Positions 30,636 to 33,004 of a stretch of DNA of 33,004 nucleotides are shown here, piece after piece (position 1 is the first letter of the stretch; each line of letters starts with the position of its first letter). A program made the translations under genes and the position numbers. The notes below the pieces were generated by a model. That model saw only the letters and a list, made by a program, of their open reading frames with translations, was not told the origin of the DNA and did no database searches. This DNA comes from Paracoccaceae bacterium (GTDB taxonomy: Bacteria > Pseudomonadota > Alphaproteobacteria > Rhodobacterales > Rhodobacteraceae): NCBI GenBank assembly GCA_007121055.1, contig SKMM01000081.1:1-33004 (forward strand), written 5' to 3'.

Positions 30636-31781
30636 ATGCCCGCACTGGACGCCGCCTCCGGCCTTCCCGACGTCTTTGGCCAGCCGGAGACGACCCGGCG
30701 TGGGGGCGCTGCGCCCGCGCGGGGGGTGGAGCGTCCCGAAATCCTCGACATGCCCCGCCCGCGGGCACCGCGGAGCCTGTCGGGCCGCCAGAAGGCCGCC
30801 ATCTTGGTCCGGCTTCTGCTGGCCGAAGGGGTGCGGCTCCCTCTGGCCAACATGCCCGATCACCTGCAGACCGCCCTGACCGAACAGATCGGCGCGATGC
30901 GGCTGGTGGACCGCGCCACCCTCATGGCCGTGGTCGAGGAATTCGTGGCCGAGTTGGAGGCGGTGGGGCTGGCCTTTCCCGGCGGGCTTGACGGCGCGCT
31001 GGGCATGCTCGACGGCCAGCTCAGTGCGGCCGCCGCGGGTCGGCTGCGCCGGCTGATCAGCGCGGGCGGCCGCGCCGATCCGTGGGACAGCCTGTCGGCC
31101 GTCGAGATCGAGCGAATCGTGCCGGTACTGGAACGCGAAAGCCTCGAAGTGGGCGCCATCGTTCTGTCCAAGCTGGATGTGGGGCGCGCGGCGATGGTGC
31201 TCGCCCGGCTGCCGGGCGACCGGGCCCGTCGGCTGACCCACGCGATGTCGCGCACCGGCGCGGTCGACCCCGACACGGTGCGCCGGATCGGCCTTGCGCT
31301 CGCGCAGCAGTTCGAGGCAGTGATCCCCCCGGCTTTCGAGACCGCCGCGGTGGAACGGGTGGGCGCGATCCTCAACTCCTCGCCCGCCGCCACCCGCGAC
31401 GAGGTGCTGACCGGACTCGACGAGACCGATCCCGCCTTCGCCCAGGAGGTGCGCCGCGCCATCTTCACCTTCGCCAAGATCCCGCAGCGCCTTGCCGCGC
31501 GGGACGTGCCGAAGGTGCTGCGGGCGGTACCGCCGGACGTTCTGCTGCGCGCACTCATCGCCGCCCCCGACGCAGGCCCGGCCGAAGCCGCGGCGGTCGA
31601 GTTCCTCTTTGCCAATGTCACGCAGCGCATGTCCGAGGGGCTCAAGAACGACATCGCCGACCACCCCCCCGTCTCGGCCAGCGCCGGCGAGGAGGCGATG
31701 TCCGAGGTCATCGCCATCATCCGTAGGCTGGAAACCAACAACGGCCTCGTCCTCCAAGCCCCGGCCGCCGACGAGGGCTGA
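30636..31781 (+). CDS. fliG: Flagellar motor switch protein FliG-like (start uncertain: ATG 30636 or 30750)
   Basis: LSGRQKAAILVRLL, ESLEVGAIVLSKL, VGAILN, DPAFAQEVRRAIFTF, N.TQRMSEGL and EEAMSEVIAIIRRLE match FliG N/M/C domains; GAGG RBS before 30636. Confidence 0.85.
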   Translation: MPALDAASGLPDVFGQPETTRRGGAAPARGVERPEILDMPRPRAPRSLSGRQKAAILVRLLLAEGVRLPLANMPDHLQTALTEQIGAMRLVDRATLMAVVEEFVAELEAVGLAFPGGLDGALGMLDGQLSAAAAGRLRRLISAGGRADPWDSLSAVEIERIVPVLERESLEVGAIVLSKLDVGRAAMVLARLPGDRARRLTHAMSRTGAVDPDTVRRIGLALAQQFEAVIPPAFETAAVERVGAILNSSPAATRDEVLTGLDETDPAFAQEVRRAIFTFAKIPQRLAARDVPKVLRAVPPDVLLRALIAAPDAGPAEAAAVEFLFANVTQRMSEGLKNDIADHPPVSASAGEEAMSEVIAIIRRLETNNGLVLQAPAADEG

Positions 31782-32302
31782 CCCCTCCCGCCATCGTAGG
31801 ACACGGGCCCGTCCAGAGCCTCCCCAGCCACTGCGACAGGCGCCGCGAACATGAGGACAAACCAGCGGGCCTTCCCTCCGTGCAGCGGCAAGGTCCGCGC
31901 CGTCCAAAACCCCCTCACCCACAGTCGTGCTCTCGACCCCTGCCCCACAAAGGGTCGCTGGAAATCGGGATAGTGCGTCGCGGCTCCCGGGCCCCAAACC
32001 GCCACAGGGCCAGAGCGCCCGGCGCGGCCCTGCCGAAGGGGCGCCACACGCGCACCGGCGCCTCGCATCGACGCCAAGCGCAACGATCACCGGAACACCG
32101 TCGCGCAGGCGACCACAGGAGGTCCCGGACGAACCCTAGCCCCCAAAGCCGCGGCGACGCCGGGAGCAGGACTGCTGGGGGCCTTCACGTGGCGTAAGAC
32201 GAGGCAGCACAGCAAGGACGCGGAGGTGGCCCCGCAATCCGTGGACAGCCGCCCCGGAGGCACGGTAGGCACATGGCTTGCTGCGGCGGGACACGGGCGA
32301 CC

Positions 32303-32701
32303 TCAGACCGCGGTGCCGCGTTCCTCCAGCCGTGCGGCGACGGCCTCGGCGCGGGCGGCGAATTCCGCCAGCCGGTCGGTCACCTCACCCGGGATCACCG
32401 GCACCTCCACCCGTACCGGCTCCGGTGCCGGCGCCTGCCTCAGGGCGGCGAGCTCGGCCTCCAAGGCCGCGGCGCGGGCGTTGGCCTCGTCCAGCGCCTG
32501 CTCGGCGGCAATGGTCCGGTCGGCCAGCAGCAAGCCCGACATCAGTAGGAGCCGGCCCTCGGGGATCCGCCCGGCCTGCCCCACCACGGTCTGCGCCTCG
32601 GCGTCCAGAATTGCCGCCGCAGTCTGCAGCAGATGCTCCTCGCCGTCGCGGCAGGCGACCTCGAACCGCCGCCCGCCCACGGTTATCGTCAGCTCAGCCA
32701 T
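32303..32701 (-). CDS. zapA: Cell division protein ZapA
   Basis: ITVGGRRFEVACRDGEEHLLQTAAAILDAEA...RLLLMSGLLLAD followed by a coiled coil. Confidence 0.9.
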   Translation of the reverse strand: MAELTITVGGRRFEVACRDGEEHLLQTAAAILDAEAQTVVGQAGRIPEGRLLLMSGLLLADRTIAAEQALDEANARAAALEAELAALRQAPAPEPVRVEVPVIPGEVTDRLAEFAARAEAVAARLEERGTAV

Positions 32702-33004
32702 GCGCCGTCTCCCGTGCCGCGTCGCCCGCGCCCTCAGCCAGGGGCAGCAGCTCCGCCATCACCTCTTCCAGCTCCGCAATCTCCAGCTGCCGCGCGGCCC
32801 GCAGCGCCTCCAACTCCGCGCGCAGCGCGGCGTTGGCGGCGTCGGCGTCGCCCGTGCCGGTCTCCTGCGCGGCGAGCAGCGAGTCATTGGCCTCCGCCAG
32901 CGCCGCGTTGGCGCCCTTGAGGCGCTGCGCCTCGAAGGCGAGCTGGTCGGTCTGTTCATGGGCCCGGGCCAGCCGGTCCGACAGCCGCGCGACCTGCGCC
33001 TCGA
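32694..33004 (-). CDS. Coiled-coil protein upstream of zapA, 3' part only
   Basis: Manual translation ...EAQVARLSDRLARAHEQTDQLAFEAQRLKGANAALAEAN...LRAELEALRAARQLEIAELEEVMAELLPLAEG...HG*; overlaps the zapA start by 8 nt; not in the ORF track because it is partial. Confidence 0.8.
   Translation of the reverse strand, partial: EAQVARLSDRLARAHEQTDQLAFEAQRLKGANAALAEANDSLLAAQETGTGDADAANAALRAELEALRAARQLEIAELEEVMAELLPLAEGAGDAARETAHG

Noticed and set aside
32150-32300. 6S RNA call downstream of zapA
   Set aside because: Only weak, wrongly spaced resemblance to the alphaproteobacterial 6S core motifs; kept as an open finding, not a feature.

Overview
High-GC alphaproteobacterial chromosome segment, with gene content and order typical of Rhodobacteraceae. 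Bases 1-7.9 kb (minus strand) hold the 5' half of an RcGTA-type gene transfer agent head-tail cluster: small terminase, large terminase, portal, g3.5, prohead protease, major capsid, head-tail connector, adaptor, tail terminator, tail tube and a partial tail chaperone. The cluster follows fabF-mltG. It has a readable promoter, an intrinsic-terminator-like hairpin inside the leader, and an extra membrane-anchored coiled-coil ORF between g3.5 and the protease that is not part of the canonical RcGTA gene list. The rest is mostly housekeeping: an L,D-transpeptidase lipoprotein, NAD kinase, a LiuR-like MerR regulator with a beta-oxidation operon, dnaK-dnaJ, alkB, a PfkB kinase, wrbA, a small-peptide/xpaC/telA/DUF2927 unit, hyi, ahcY, a frameshifted adhP, an orphan fliG, zapA and a partial coiled-coil gene. 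I saw no tRNA, rRNA, CRISPR array or IS element. All calls rest on motif recognition, with no database search.
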